Below are positions 1 through 13,701 of a stretch of 64,000 nucleotides of DNA, one piece after another. The stretch lies in assembly GCF_001194135.2 (NCBI RefSeq), contig NC_068998.1, positions 24,432,336-24,496,335 of the forward strand. The letters run 5' to 3'. Position 1 is the first letter of the stretch. The number at the start of each line of letters is the position of its first letter. The translations under genes were made by a program, and so were the position numbers. Below the pieces are notes generated by a model. That model was not told the DNA's origin and made no database searches. It worked only from the letters and a program-made list of their open reading frames with translations. The DNA comes from Octopus bimaculoides (Eukaryota).

Positions 1-798
1 CATTTCCCTGCTACCACCGTTATTCCAGTCCTTCCAAGCCTGTTTCTTTTGTCTAATAGCCCCGTCTACCTCCTTGTTCCACCACCACGTTACTCTGGGT
101 CGAGAGGGGACTTTACACCAGCCACAGATCTGTTCGGTGGCTCTCAACAGGTTGTCCCGCAGAAATCTCCAATTGTCTTCCACGTTGTATGATGCTATAT
201 CCCCTTCTATTTCGTCAAATGCTTCAAGTAACTTGTCTCTAAGTCTCTGTCCATTTGCAGGGTCTTTAAGCTTCCATACCCTTCTCCTCCAAGCCGGTCT
301 ACTTCTGGGCACCCATATTGCCTTGATCTCGAAGTCGCTGACTACTAATCTTTGTTGGGGTGTACATTCTTCGCCGGAGAGGGTTTTGGAATTTATAAGC
401 CTCCCTCTTTCTCTATTTCTGGCGAGGATGTAGTCGATTTGGCTAGAGTGTCTGCCGGATTGGTAGGTGACTAGGTGACAGGCAGGTTTCCTGAAGTTGG
501 TATTGCAAACCATAAGATCGGTTGCATCACACCACTGCAGCAGTCTGGTTCCCTCCTCATTGCGGGAACCGAAGCCATAGCCTCCATGTATGCCATGGTA
601 GCCTCCAGCACGACGTCCGACATGACCATTGAAGTCACCAGCCACAAAGAGAAGGTCCCTGTCCCTTGTCGACGAGGTAGTTTGCAAGAGGGTGTCATAG
701 AATTGGTCTTTCAGACCACCCGGTAGCCCCAGCCGAGGGCCATAGGCTGAGATGACAATAGCTAGCCTATGATGAAGCACTAGTCTAATCTTAAGTAC

Positions 799-801
<3 letters not shown>
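1..801 (-). mobile_element. RTE-clade LINE fragment: C-terminal part of the APE endonuclease plus linker; 5'-truncated, runs off the window edge
   Basis: Manual translation of 801->1 gives 267 codons with no stop. Motifs: ISAYGP, AGDFNGHVG, YGFGSRNEEG, NTNFRK, SQIDYIL, VWKLKD, TWWWNKEV, all typical of RTE ORFs. The 5' end abuts (TA)n at 803-840. Confidence 0.93.

Positions 802-802
<1 letters not shown>

Positions 803-840
<38 letters not shown>
803..840. repeat. (TA)n microsatellite
   Basis: Pure TA run directly adjacent to the truncated RTE 5' end. Confidence 0.98.
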
Positions 841-843
<3 letters not shown>

Positions 844-1689
844 TGTATTCAGTGTCCATGCATCATGCACTCTGTTCTTTATTCTAAAAGGGATTCTGCT
901 TGTTAACAGCAGAGTTAATTGCTCTCATAACTCTATCCATAATTTTTACTGATGCTTTGAGAGTAGTTACACTATTTTGATATAAGACACTATGAACTAC
1001 CTTCTTTATCAATCAGCCTATAATCCCAATACATTTCATATTCACAAAGAATGACATATGAAGTTATTTTCAGCTCTTTTTCTACTTATTAAACATGATT
1101 ACTTCCTTGCTTTCAGTAGGATTCTGTTTCTTTTGTTTTAACTAAAACTTTTCTTGATCAAGTTAACTTCAATATATTTCAATTCTAAGTTTTGCTTCTA
1201 TACTTAGAATATGTTCAGTAAATCTTCAAGAAACTTAGCTATTAAAAATAAATCGCTCACATACAAGACTTCCTGTAAACAGCCAAGCATGACCTTCTTT
1301 GTTATAATATCTATAGTAACTACAATAACCAGGCTGAGGCTGATCACTAAACCTTGACAAATTTGAACTGTATCTCATCTAAACTAAATTTCTTTCAAAT
1401 CATTTGTTTTAATTTTTTTCTGATATTTTCATAATTTGGACCATCCATTTGATACTTTCTAGAGCATGTTTTATGCTCATGTAGCAGTCGTTGATGATGA
1501 TACTGCTACACAAATCATTAGGATATGTTAGCTCCCTGTACTACCTGATGACTTTGTGGTTGACCTGTATGAGTTTGACCTGCTGGATATCTTCTGAACC
1601 TCTACAATACCTTCATGGCTTCACTGCTTTACCTGATTTTTTATCCTTAACTATGTCTTCATTTGTACATTTGACACTCTGATTGTTAT

Positions 1690-2150
1690 GTCAAAGTGAA
1701 GTAGTCTCTCTTTCTTCCTCATCTCCTCTACATTTAGCAACTTCTCAGTCTAACATTTCCAAATACCATTCATCATGTCGTTGCTGAAGGTACTACTACT
1801 ATTCTGTTAATGCTTTTCTTCAATAACATCTTGATTCATACTGACACATTGCTGTACATTCCAGAACATATCATATCTCTGATCCTCTCACTGTAGGACA
1901 TTGACAAACTTTACTTTCAGTTTCTATCCACACTACATAAATATATATACTTGCTGTCACATCTCTTCTTGCAATTTGATATTATTCCTGGTTTTCCATA
2001 TTTCTTTCAAATTTTCTATGGCTGTCTCTTAGCATTTGTGAGTGTATCTACTGCACCATTCCAAAACTATATCACTTTCCATCAGGTTGGAACCAATGAT
2101 CCACCCTATAACTCAAAACATGTTGTTTGGTAGAAATTTCCTGTTGTACA
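1690..2150 (-). mobile_element. Very old RTE-like LINE relic (post-RT C-terminal region)
   Basis: Stop-ridden minus-strand pieces: F*VIGWII (cf. FKYLGSII), AIENLKEIWKTRNNIK, ESRCY*RKAL (cf. EMRCYRRIL), LLNVEEMRKKERLLHF (cf. RKLRWFGH). Confidence 0.45.
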
Positions 2151-3732
2151 CAAAATTAGTGGTCTCTGTCTTCTACTTATAAATAGATATACCTAGTACT
2201 TCTGTTGTCTGATCTTTTAACTTACATACATTCATTCATTCTTCACATTGACATGTTTTTCTGAGTTCCTTGGCTCCTACTCTGAAATCAGAATTCAACG
2301 TGCCTATATCGTGTATTTTATATTCTTCACTCCGGAAAACTTTGATATTTTTTAATGTTGGTGACTATGAAGTTTATCTGGCCAACACATTCACTTGTTT
2401 GGTAAGTAATCAAGTAGGTTGGTTGGCTTTTTGGAGAGAGTGTTGCAGATAGTGAAGTGTATCACGAAATTCCAACAACCTTGAACATTTCTCATTCCTT
2501 GTACTATATCCATTGCTTTCATGTAGACCAGATTAGCTGTCTGGAGTTGTCCAATATACTTATTAAATTCAGTAACCATGATAATGAGATCACAGCAACA
2601 AGTTATCTTGGTAGTCTGCAAGAGAAACAATCCTTCTGTTGGTCTCTGACTCAGTGGGGGTACATCTGCTGAGATAAGCTGTTGCCTTCATGTTTCCTTT
2701 GATTGTCTAAGCTTAATTAATATTGTCATATACACTGATTATTTTAATTGCTTTATCTATCCATTTACCTGCCAAGAATATATCTACAGCATTCATTCTA
2801 TCTTAGTTATCCATCCAGAGGAATTTGTGCACATGATCCTTGAATATAAAGAGCCTGGTTTGGGCTCCTTTAAACATTACTTCTTGTACACAATACTCAT
2901 CTACATGCCTTTGTTCTGTATCTCTAAAATCTAAATTCTATGGTACTAACATTGAAAATGGCAGCCCTTAAGTTTCATACCTGACTGGAAGAGGAAGATG
3001 GCTTGTAGATTATTGTTAGATGTAAATATTTCTTGCTTGTTGTCAATATTTTCAAAATTCAAATTTTATATGCATATTGGTTTGTTTATCAAGTAAAAGA
3101 CACACTTTGTCTGAAATTTATTTTTCTATTTTCCATCTTGGAAAATATTTCCAGAAGAAATTTCAACCAAATAGCATTTTAATATAGAATTTATTACATC
3201 ATATGTTTAGAAAGTTGAACTAAATAAATTAATCTATAGTTGAAAATAAATTTGTACTTGCCATACTTCAAAGTCATCAAGAACTGTTGAGCTTTTAGCA
3301 AAAGGATGTAATTAAGAAATAACATTTTTTTTTATTTGTTTGATGCTCTTTACATTTATTTCTTTTATTTTATTTATATTTTTTTATTTATTTATATTTT
3401 TTCTGTTTTTTTTTTCTAACAAGTAGATGATATCGTTTTATAGCAAGAATATCATCTTACAGTAGCTGATTCGATGATTACTATCTTTCCAAGCTACAAA
3501 GAAATTTAAATGATTTTAATGGAATTTATTCCGCAGTAAAGGAGCTACTTGTCTCTAATGTAAATAGCTAACAAACCATGATGTCTCTTCTTTTGCTCCA
3601 GTATAACAAACTCCGTTTTTGTATTTAATGGAGTTTAGAGGCAACTTCTTTACTGTTAGTTTTTCAACCTTAATTTTTGAAAGCAAATGAAAGCAAATGA
3701 AAGCAAATGAAAGCATTGTTGCAAACTTAAGA

Positions 3733-3940
3733 CATCATCATCATCATTATCATCGTCGTCGTCATTATCATCATCGTCATCATCATCATTGCTGCTGTCG
3801 TCATCGCTGTTGTCATCACTGGTTTCCTCCTGCACATTATCCTCACCACCACCACCACCACCACCATCACCACTATCATCATCGTCGTCGTCGTCATCCT
3901 CATATTTATTAACATCATCATCATTATCATCATCATCTGA
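3733..3940. repeat. Compound (CAT)n/(CGT)n/(CAC)n trinucleotide repeat
   Basis: Seen directly; explains the poly-D/H/S ORFs at 3656-4058. Confidence 0.95.
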
Positions 3941-3963
3941 CACTCAATATTATTTCTACTATT

Positions 3964-4130
3964 ACATTCTGAGTTCAAATTCCGCTAAGGTCGAATTTGC
4001 CTTTCATCCTTTCAGGGTCGATAAATTAAGTACCAATTGCATACTGAGGTCGGTCTAATGGACTGACCCCCTCCCCCAAAATTTCGGGCCTTGTGCCTAT
4101 AGTAGAAAAGAATATTGTTTCTACTATGAA
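3964..4130 (+). mobile_element. tRNA-derived SINE family B, 5'-truncated copy
   Basis: Contains the B-box GAGTTCAAATTCC and the core GCCTTTCATCCTTTCAGGGTCGATAAATTAAGTACC shared with copies at 13300-13932. Confidence 0.85.
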
Positions 4131-4277
4131 AGACTATTGTATTAGTCTCTTCTTAACTTTCACTCTCTCCCCCACTTTTTTCTTTCTCTCTCTTGCACAC
4201 ACTCACACACGCATACACATATACACACACACACATACACATGCACATGAACACACACACACACACATGCACACACA

Positions 4278-4315
<38 letters not shown>

Positions 4316-4934
4316 ACATACAGGCACACGCATACAGATAAAAAAAATTTCCTTTTACAGTGTAATAATATTCAGAGATAACAGCTAAAACTGCAGCAAG
4401 TAATATTGGAAGTAATATTCAAATTATAATGCACTTCTCAGCAACATCTACTTGTACAGTCAGTTTTGAGATTACAGCTAAATCAACATATAATCTCTTG
4501 TACACTTTTAGTAATGCAGTTGTTATGGAGAGAGAGTACGGTATTATCACAAAGTTATATCACTAATTATTATATAGAAACAATTATTTATATAAAGACT
4601 CAGTGATATGTGCAGTGCATGTTGCTGATATTACAAAGTCCTATGTCTAATAATTATATACAATTAATTATATATAATAATTATATAATATAATCAAATA
4701 TTACAATTATGTATTATTATTAAATATAATAATTATATATAATAATTCATGTAATAATTATATATTATTCACAACATAAGTTTATGAGAATGTTTTCATT
4801 TGATTTCAAACACTGAGGTAGAAAAACTAACATGAAAGGTAGGTGTCATATAAACTTATTGGGCTAGTTTCCTGGATTCTGGGATGTATGGACTCCCTGT
4901 TGGAAAGAATGCTAGTCCCTTGCAGGAATTTTTA

Positions 4935-5075
4935 TTTTTGCCTGCTGAGCAGACTGGAGCATTGTGAAATGAAATGTTTTGCTCAAGAACACAACGCATT
5001 GCTCAATCCAGGAATCAAAACTACAATCTTACAGTCGTTAGTTTGAAACCCTAACCATTAAACCACATGCCTTCA
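4935..5075 (-). mobile_element. tRNA-headed SINE family C (CORE-like domain), degenerate
   Basis: Reverse complement carries TGTGTTCTTGAGCAAAACATTTCATTTCAC, shared with the copy at 57536-57755. Confidence 0.6.
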
Positions 5076-6594
5076 CATTAAAGATGTTGCCTTTCAACTC
5101 CATTAAATGCAAAAATAGAGTTAGTAATAGTGGAGTAAATTATGGTTTGTTTGTTAGCTATTTACATTAGAGACAAATAACTCATTATATTTGGAGTGGT
5201 TGAGCTTAATTAAATGAGAGAATGAAGCACCACTGATATATTTCATGAGCTGCATGAATAGTGGGAAGAAGAGAGGTGAACCTGATACCAGAAAAAAAAT
5301 GGCCAGATTACTAGTTATAGAATGGACCCTGCTCAAGGCACCCAAGAGACTGACAGTATTAAGAACCAACCTATTGATTAAATTTTTTGTATGCCAAAGA
5401 CATTCTCGCTGATGAACTTCCCTATTGTTTCTAAGCATTAAATTACAAACAGAGACTTTTGGTTGACCCAAGAGTCTGGTTGAAGGCACTTACCTGTGGT
5501 ACCATGCAGTAGGATTGAACTCTCAAACTTGAGACAACATAGTTACAAAGCAGACTGCTTAACAACACTGTAGTAGTGCCTGTACCTATATATATTCCTC
5601 ACAAATATATGAGTCCACAATGGAGAAGTCACTCAATGGTTGGTGTGTCTGCTAAAACTAGCAAGCAATTTCCCTTTAAATCTCACTCTACCAACTTATG
5701 AAGGACAGATGGGTAATGTAGTCCAAGATATTCCTGAAATGTTGGCATAGGCATGAATGTCACACTTTTGATCACAGTTTACCTCAAGCTATGCAACAAC
5801 AATAACAACAACCACTGGCTACATTCAATAAACTTCATGGCATGCAAACCCATAATGCTTGCTTCATTTATAATTAACAGCTTCTAAATTTATGATCTCT
5901 CACATTGACATGCAAATGATGATTCCATCTTTTTTTCAAGCATTGTATAACTCGGATTACATTATTTAATGTGTCCTTCAATTTTAAGATGAAAGAATGT
6001 GATTTGAGGAAAATTTTGGCTGCTGCTTGTTGCAGGTTAAACAAACACATTAAGGTTCTCTCGTTGCCTTATTGCTGCAAAATTTAATCAGTTGGAATAT
6101 TTGAAGGATCTTATTAAAAAAGACATAAATAAAACAAGTATACCTCATTGAAACTAAACAACAGCAAATATTTTCTAAACTAGCAGTTGTTAATAATGAT
6201 ATTAGAGGTGTTAATCTTTAATATCAGTTATCAAAATAAAGGTGATGGATACTAGGACCAGCAGAATCCCAAAGAAAAGAAAAATGCCTTCAGCTTCATA
6301 CTCTTACATTCAGAGTTCAATTTCTGCCCAACTATATGACTTTGGGAAGCATCTTGGACAAATGTATACTGCTGTAGCCCTGGGAAGATCGAAACCTTGC
6401 AAGTGGATTTGGTAGACGGAAACTGAAAGAAGCACATCGTATATGTCTCTGTGTGTATGTGTGTGTTTCTGAGCAAGTGTGAATGTTATAATGCTGATAT
6501 GTATTGAAATATGGATGATGAAATCTCAAAGAAAATAAGGACAGGATGGAAGGCATTTTACATAATAAAAGATGTCTTCAAGACAAAGCTAGAC

Positions 6595-6950
6595 AATACC
6601 ATATGTACCAGACTTTTCAATAGCACCATCCCACCTGTGGTCTGATATACAAGTGAGATGTGAGCTACTACGAATAAGATAGAATAATAATTGTCTACAA
6701 AGCAAAGGGCCATGAAAAGATCTATATTAGGAGTATTATTACAAGAGAACTTTCAAAAGGAAATAATTCATGAATGGAACAGAATGGACAATGTGATTGC
6801 AGAGTACTGAAAGCACAAGTTTCACTGGGCTGGAAATGTCACGAGGTTCACAGAGAACATGTGGACAGGTGCAGTTTCCGAGTGGTATCCAAGAGATTGG
6901 AAAAGGTGACATGGAAGGCCTCTATGATGAGAGGGAGACGATTAAGAATG
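6595..6950 (+). mobile_element. RTE-clade LINE 3' coding relic
   Basis: Translates with stops as RLFNSTIPPVV*YTSEM*ATT..QRAMKRSILG..KFHWAGNVTRFTENMWT..EWYPRDWKR*HGRP, a typical RTE C-terminus. Confidence 0.85.
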
Positions 6951-7062
6951 GTGCAATCAAGACAGAATTGGAAGTGCATTGTGACCAGTGGTGTATAACA
7001 ACATCTGATGGTCTGGTCAACACTGTGAAACTATGATATATATACATACACACATACATACA

Positions 7063-7380
7063 TCATCATCGTTATCATCATTGTTTAATATCTGCCTTCC
7101 ATGCTGGCATAGGTGGGATGGTTTCATTGGAGCTGACTAGGTAGAAGTCTGCACCAGAAACTTGTGACTGTTTTGGCAGTATTTTTACTGTTGGATGCCC
7201 TTCCTATTAGCACCCAAACAGACGAGTGTACTTAGTGTTTTTTTTATGTGGCACAAGCACAGGTGAGGTCAGTTTTGGCAAGGTTTCTTCAGCTAAATGC
7301 CCTTCCAAATGCCAACCACTTTACAGTGTGGACTGGATGCTTTTTAAGTGGTACCTTCACTGACAGAGTCACCAAGTAAC
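7063..7380 (-). mobile_element. Short retroposon carrying the RTE-type 3' tail
   Basis: catcatcattgtttaatatctgccttccatgc and ggatgcccttcc segments match the RTE 3' end at 57781-57960. Confidence 0.7.
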
Positions 7381-7995
7381 CTGCAAGACAAAAATCTTTT
7401 GAGAAGGGCGGAGGCATTGGGGAAGGGCATCTTGATGAAAGGTTATAGTGAGGCAGAAACAAGTGCCTTGCTGTATGGGGGGGGAGGTGGAGGAGAGATC
7501 ATGAATGAAGACAGAAACAGGTGTGCTGCCGCAAGTCCAAAAATTAAAACCACAATTTTGTGATTGTGAGGGCTGCAATACTAGCCACTGGGCCACATGC
7601 CTTTATGTTCAATGTAATGTGGATATATTGTTAGAGCACCAAATACTGTGTTTTATTTATCTTGAGAGGTCCTCTCAAGGTTAATGACATAGTATTCAGC
7701 ACACTAACAATACATCCATGTTAAATTGGACATAAAGATTTAGGCATATATATATATCAAAGTTCCCTCCTGATCCAAAAATGCGCATAAAGCCAGTTTC
7801 CTGGATTCTGTAGCATATATATCCCCACACAGCATTCCAGTCTGTTACAGGATTATGCATTTTTGCTTACTGAGTGGATTGGTGCAATGTGAAAAGAGGT
7901 GATTCACTCAAGAACACAATGCATCGCCTGATCCAGATATAGAAACCATATTTTGCATCTGTGAGTGCACAACAGCCTAACTTCTACATATTATG

Positions 7996-8045
<50 letters not shown>

Positions 8046-8055
8046 NNNNNNNNNN

Positions 8056-8098
<43 letters not shown>

Positions 8099-9482
8099 AT
8101 GTGCATGTGCATGTTGGTGTCTCTTTACATGTTGGTTGTAAATGAGTATCACCATCGCAGATGATGATATTTGTTTTCAGTTTTTTTGTATAAACCTGTC
8201 AAACCAGGGAGGAATATTACATTGCTTCAATATCGTTGATGGTTGAGGACAGGAAGAGTAGAAAATCTGGCTCAACAAATCCCACATGAGCCATACAATC
8301 ATGGAAAAGTGGATGTTTAAACAATGATGATGATTTAATATATTTCCTTATTTTGTATGCCTCTCTGTTAGGTTGCTTTCTTTGCATTCATCCTCTGCTC
8401 TCCAACTACCACTTTGCTCCCCTCAAGCCCCATTTTTCTCTCATTGTTCTCACTGCACTCAACTACTCGTCCCCCACTGCCTGCCTTTCTTTTTCTCACT
8501 GTTGTCTCCACATAGGTCCTCTGTTATTTTATCCTCTCTACTTCTGACACAACATTTCTACATCTCTCTTCATTTGTGAAGTCCCTCTCCCCACGACTCT
8601 TTCACATTCTCAGATGTTATGTTATCTCAGCCCTTAACTTATCTCATGTCTTCTTCTTCTTACACCTTCCGCTCGTATCCACTCCTATAATGCATGATAG
8701 TTCTAAACCCCTCTTTACAACCCATCCCATCACCAAACTACTCTGTCCCTCTCCCACTAAACTTTGACCATCTTCACGTAGCAAACATCTCCCCCATCAT
8801 ACTTCCTCCTCACATCACTTCACCTAAAGTCATTACCCTCTTTCACATATTCACTTTTCAGCTGTGGCAGTTCTTTGGTGTTGTCAATTACAAGGTAACC
8901 TCACTGGCACTGGTGCCACATCAACATGTAAACATCTAGTGATAGAAACCTTGCCAAAAACTACTTTGCCAATGGAGGACAACATAGTCTTTTGGCTTGT
9001 AGCTTGCAGAACTGTCCCACCCATAGTAACATGGAAGAAGAAGAAGAACAAGGAGGAGGAGGAAGAGGCAGTTGCTGCTGCTGTTGTGTATTAGGAGAAG
9101 AGATACAAACAGATAGACATATGGCAGTTTGTTGCGTTTGTTATAAAAGAAAGAGAATTACAGCCACCAGCCAGTAACCAGCAAAACATTTTGTGCCCAG
9201 CGAAACTCAAGACTCCCAGTGGCTCAAAGATCACCAAATTAATTAACAAAAATTTGTTATATATAATCAACTAGTGTTTCATAAGGTTTCAGTGTTATGG
9301 TACATTTTCCTGAGGAATGCAGTAAGAGAGAGGGGAATGAGTTCTGCCAGGCTTACATTGTGCAAATAGACTAAATGGAAAGTTTCTCGATGGTTTCATC
9401 ATCATCATCACGATTATCTTTCTGTAGAACTTGGATGAGTTAGTAATATAGCATATTTTCAATGTCCTATTTTAAAGTTTGA

Positions 9483-9605
9483 CATGGCTGTGTGGTAAGA
9501 AGTTTGCTTCCTAACCACATGATTTTGGATTCTTCAGTCCTACTGTGTGGCACCTCGGGCAAGTATTTGTGAGTGGATTTGGTAGACGGAAACTGAAAGC
9601 AGGCC

Positions 9606-9699
<94 letters not shown>

Positions 9700-9990
9700 C
9701 ACACACATATCATCATCATCATTTAACGTCTGTTTTCCATGCTGGCATTGATATATGTGTGTGTTTGTGTGTGTGTCTTTGTCTCTGTATTTGTCCCCCC
9801 ACCACCACTTGACTAGGGGTCCTGCTGTGTTGATGTCCCTGTAACATAATGGTTTGGCAAAACGAGATTGATAGAATAGATTCCAGGCTTGAAAAATTAA
9901 GTGCCAGAGTTGATTTGTTCAACTAAAACATTTCTCCAAGGTAGTGCCCCAGCTTGGCCACAGTAGAATGACCGAAACAAGTTAAAAGAT
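9483..9990 (+). mobile_element. tRNA-derived SINE family A, split by (GT)n and an RTE-tail fragment (9708-9745)
   Basis: 5' half ggctgtgtggtaagaagtttgcttcc..gtggatttggtagacggaaactgaaag; 3' half gtcccc..gccgcag-like..gaaacaagt. Confidence 0.85.
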
Positions 9991-10611
9991 AAAAGATAGA
10001 AGGGAGATTATGATTAGCATTTGCAGAAATGGGGTGGATCAATAATATTCATTGATCTGTTGATCTAGTAGAATTATTGGCTGGGAAGTGAATATAGTAG
10101 TGCTTATGCTCTTGGGAAGTCAACTGAGAAAAATGATTAATGTGATGTGTAAGAGGTAAGACACTGTAAAAATAATGAGAGAAGGGGAGAAGGATGAGAT
10201 ATATGGGTGTGAAGTTGATCTGGTGTGCAACTAGTTAGTTCTCAGTAGTAAAGAGGCCTCTGTAGTACATGTAGAATAGGCAGAGCATGCAGACAGTCCA
10301 CCTGTAGGTTGGAGTCTGTGGTCTTATAGTGTAGTTTTACCACTCAGCCAGCTGGCTTTCTTTTGGATATCATCTAGTTTATTTGTGTAGCAGCAGCACC
10401 ATCCAAGGTGTTATGATAATATAATATAGCAAAATCAGCAGATGCTCATTCATGCTGGTATATTTCCTCACTTGATATTCTTTGTGGATGCAATTTTTAC
10501 TAATGTTTGCCCAACAACATCATAAGAGATTGCGAGGACTAGTATTTTTAGCAAGTTAGTGGTTTCTTAATGTATATTGTTCAAAACTAGAAAGCATAAA
10601 GCAACAATGTA

Positions 10612-11841
10612 TCAGGCTGTGTAAAAAGTAAGCAAAGTTTTGAACCATGAAGTATTTGTAGCAGGTTTTTGAATTGTTATTAAACATTTTTTTTTAATTG
10701 TCTGATAATACAGACACAGACTTGCCCAAATGCATCAATAAATTAACATTGATATTTTTTTCCCTGTTGTTACAATCATCTGAAATGGAACTGTCAAAGT
10801 GCGATATTTGAGCAATTTTGCTACTGAGCTTCAAAAAAGGACATAAAGCAGCCGAAACTGCTCGCAATATCAACGATATGTTTGGTGAGGAAAATGGTTT
10901 AAACGATTTCACAGTAGAAACCTGAGCCTGGTAGATCATGTGCATAATGGATGCTCATCAGTCATTGATGACAGTCAATTAAAGACTGTCGTTGAGAAAG
11001 ATCCACGTAAAACCACTCGAGAACTGGCAAAAGATCTTCAAGTTAGTCAGAAAACTGTCTGTATCCATTTGCATGTGATAGGATAATCAGAAATTGCAGA
11101 TATGAAATTTGCTTGTTGCTTCTTTTCTGTAATCAGACCAATCCATTTCTCAACCATATTGTAACTTGCAATAAAAAGCGGATTCTGTACAATAACAAAA
11201 AACGTTCTTCACAGTGGTTGGACCAAAATGAAGCACCAAAAACCTTCCTTAAGCCCAAGCTCTTCAAAAAGTAGATTATGGTGACTGTTTGAGGGTGTAC
11301 TGCTGGACTCATTCACTACAACTTCTTAAAACCTGGTAAAACCATTACTGCATAAATATATTGCCATGAAATTGCCAAAATGAATGAAAAACTGCTACTC
11401 CTCCATCCCAGACTGGTCAACAAAAGAGAGCCAGTCATTCTTCATGACAATGCTTGACCANNNNNNNNNNCTGGTCAACAAAAGAGAGCCAGTCATTCTT
11501 CATGACAATGCTTGACCACACGTTCCACTAATAATACTCCAGAAGTTGAGTGAACTTGGCTACAAAGTTCTTCTCCACTCAGCTTATACCCCAAATCTTT
11601 CTCTTACCAGCTACCACTTTTTCAAGCACCTTGATGGTTTCCTGCAAGAGAAGGAATTCAAAAATCAAATTCATCGGCTCCAGAACTTCAGATTTTCATG
11701 TTACCAGAATAAACAAACTTGTTGACAAAAATATATTGATTGTAATGGTACTTACTTGGTTGAATAAAATATCTGCATTGTTGAAATATATTGTGATGAA
11801 TTTCATGTTTCAAAACGTTGCTTACTTTTTACTCAGCCTGG
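10612..11841 (+). mobile_element. Near-full-length mariner transposon (Hsmar1/cecropia-like); defective transposase from ATG 10785
   Basis: About 40-bp TIRs (TCAGGCTGTGTAAAAAGTAAGCAAAGTTTTGAAC vs reverse complement CCAGGCTGAGTAAAAAGTAAGCAACGTTTTGAAA), TA on both sides (10610-11, 11842-43). Peptides GHKAAETARNIN, DPRKTTRELAKDL, IHYNFLKPGKTIT, ILHDNA*PH, YHFFKHLDGFL, with stops and frameshifts. Confidence 0.93.
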
Positions 11842-12900
11842 TATAAAGTTCTTGAAGCAAACAGTGATTACTTGCTTCAAGATCAGAAACAAAATTATTT
11901 TCATAAAGTAAGGGATTGTCTTGCTTATTTTATTTGATGTCCAGTATTGCAGAGGTTTCCTCTAGGGCTTCCTCCTACTCTAGCACAGATTGGTGCTTTA
12001 AACTAATTCCGTTATCATATACTTCTTTTGATAAATTTAGATTGCACCTTCTCTTTCTATTAGCAACAACAGCAACTTGTTGAGTACATTATAAAATAGG
12101 TTCTACAGAATGTCTCTTTCCTAGATAGGCATCTTTTATCACATAGTTTCTTGTGTAGATTCTTGCTTTTATTTTCTGTCAATGATATCTTATTTGTGTG
12201 TTGTATGTATGTGTGTGTGTCTGTTTGTGTGAGTGTGAGTATGTGTGTCTTTGTGTTAGCTAAAAATTTTATTCACTAAAAGAAAATGTGTCAATCAATC
12301 CATTTATATCTCTCAGGATATTTGTTAATACATCTATCTAATTAACTGAATTATGTAATTCTCTGTTGATGCTGCTACTTTTTCTGTTTTGTTTTTGTGT
12401 ATTTTCCTATTTTTAATGATAGGAAGATATCTTTCTCATAATGATTTTAATTATATTTGTTTGGCTTCCTTTTCATACACAAATTGTGTATGGATGATAC
12501 TTAACTTTAAAATGAAACTGAAGCAAACTGCCATCTATCTCTCCATGGTACACAACTTTAGCAGAAACAAAGCTTGAATGCAAATTTGGACTTCTATAGG
12601 GACAACCATAAAAGATTAGAATCCCATCAGCTATTGTTATTCAGCCTTATGAAAAATAAGTAAGCAGAACTGTGACCAAAGGCATTCCAGCCGTGACCAT
12701 CCCATGTTTCCTTACAGCACAGTATATTGCATAAGTGAGTGTGTATCCTTTATTCAACATCATGTGGTAAGAATAGACTGCTGTTTCTTGTATGTTGAGC
12801 AACTGCATAAATCTGTTACATCAACTAGAACAAATGCCACAATATGTTGTATCAGAATAAATTGTTTTTATCCCATTAACACGTGGCTATTCAAATAACA

Positions 12901-12939
<39 letters not shown>

Positions 12940-13124
12940 ACAGTAAGTTTTTACATTTATATATATGTATACACTCACGCACACATATACATACATATCT
13001 TTCATCTTTTATCCTTTACTCATTTCACTCATTGGATTGTGGCCAGGCTGGGGCATCACATTGAAATGTTTCACTCAAACAGATTGACCCCATCACTTGT
13101 GTTTTTATTATTCTGTTACTTATT

Positions 13125-13241
13125 CTAGAGGTCGTTTATGCTGAACTGCTAAGTTACAGCAATGTAAACAAACCAGCACTGGTTGTCAAGCAGTGGGAAG
13201 GGGAGAGCAGAGACAGACAAACAGAAAGTCACGCATACACA

Positions 13242-13280
<39 letters not shown>

Positions 13281-13670
13281 CGGGCGTCTTTCACTTTCTT
13301 ATTTCTTTATTTCCCACAAGGGGCTAAACATAGAGGAGACAAACAAGGACAGACAAAGGGATTAATTCGATTACATCAACCCCAATGCATAACTGGTACT
13401 TAATTTATCGACCCCAAAATGATGAAAGGCAAAGTCGACCTCGGTGGAATTTGAACTCAGAACGTAACAGCAGACAAAATACTGCTAAGCATTTCGCCCG
13501 GCGTGCTAACGATTCTACCAGCTCGCCGCCTTCAGCTTCTGTCTACCAAATCCACTCACAAGGCTTTGGTAAACTGGTACAGTAATTGAAAATACTTGCT
13601 CAAGATGCCACAAAGTAAGACTGAACCTGAAACCATGTGGTCAGGAAACAAACATCTTACTATACAACCA
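13125..13670 (-). mobile_element. SINE family A, interrupted by a family B insertion (13300-13530)
   Basis: The family A sequence gacgggc..ttca / ttcagcttctgtctaccaaatccactcacaaggc resumes on the far side of the insert. Confidence 0.85.
13300..13530 (-). mobile_element. Full-length tRNA-derived SINE family B with 10-bp TSD
   Basis: A-box (TGGTAGAATCGTTAG) and B-box (GAGTTCAAATTCC) on the minus strand; flanked by ttcactttct (13290-13299) and ttcagcttct (13531-13540). Confidence 0.92.
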
Positions 13671-13701
13671 AATGTATTTATGTATATACACATGCATATC
13701 A

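Noticed and set aside
2975-3115. Minus-strand donor CAG|GTATGA with an upstream TTTCAG
   Set aside because: The intervening sequence has stops in all frames and the acceptor lacks a pyrimidine tract.
3656-4381. Poly-Asp, poly-His, poly-Ser and (HT)n ORFs
   Set aside because: Translations of (CAT)n/(CAC)n and (CA)n microsatellites; no unique coding content.
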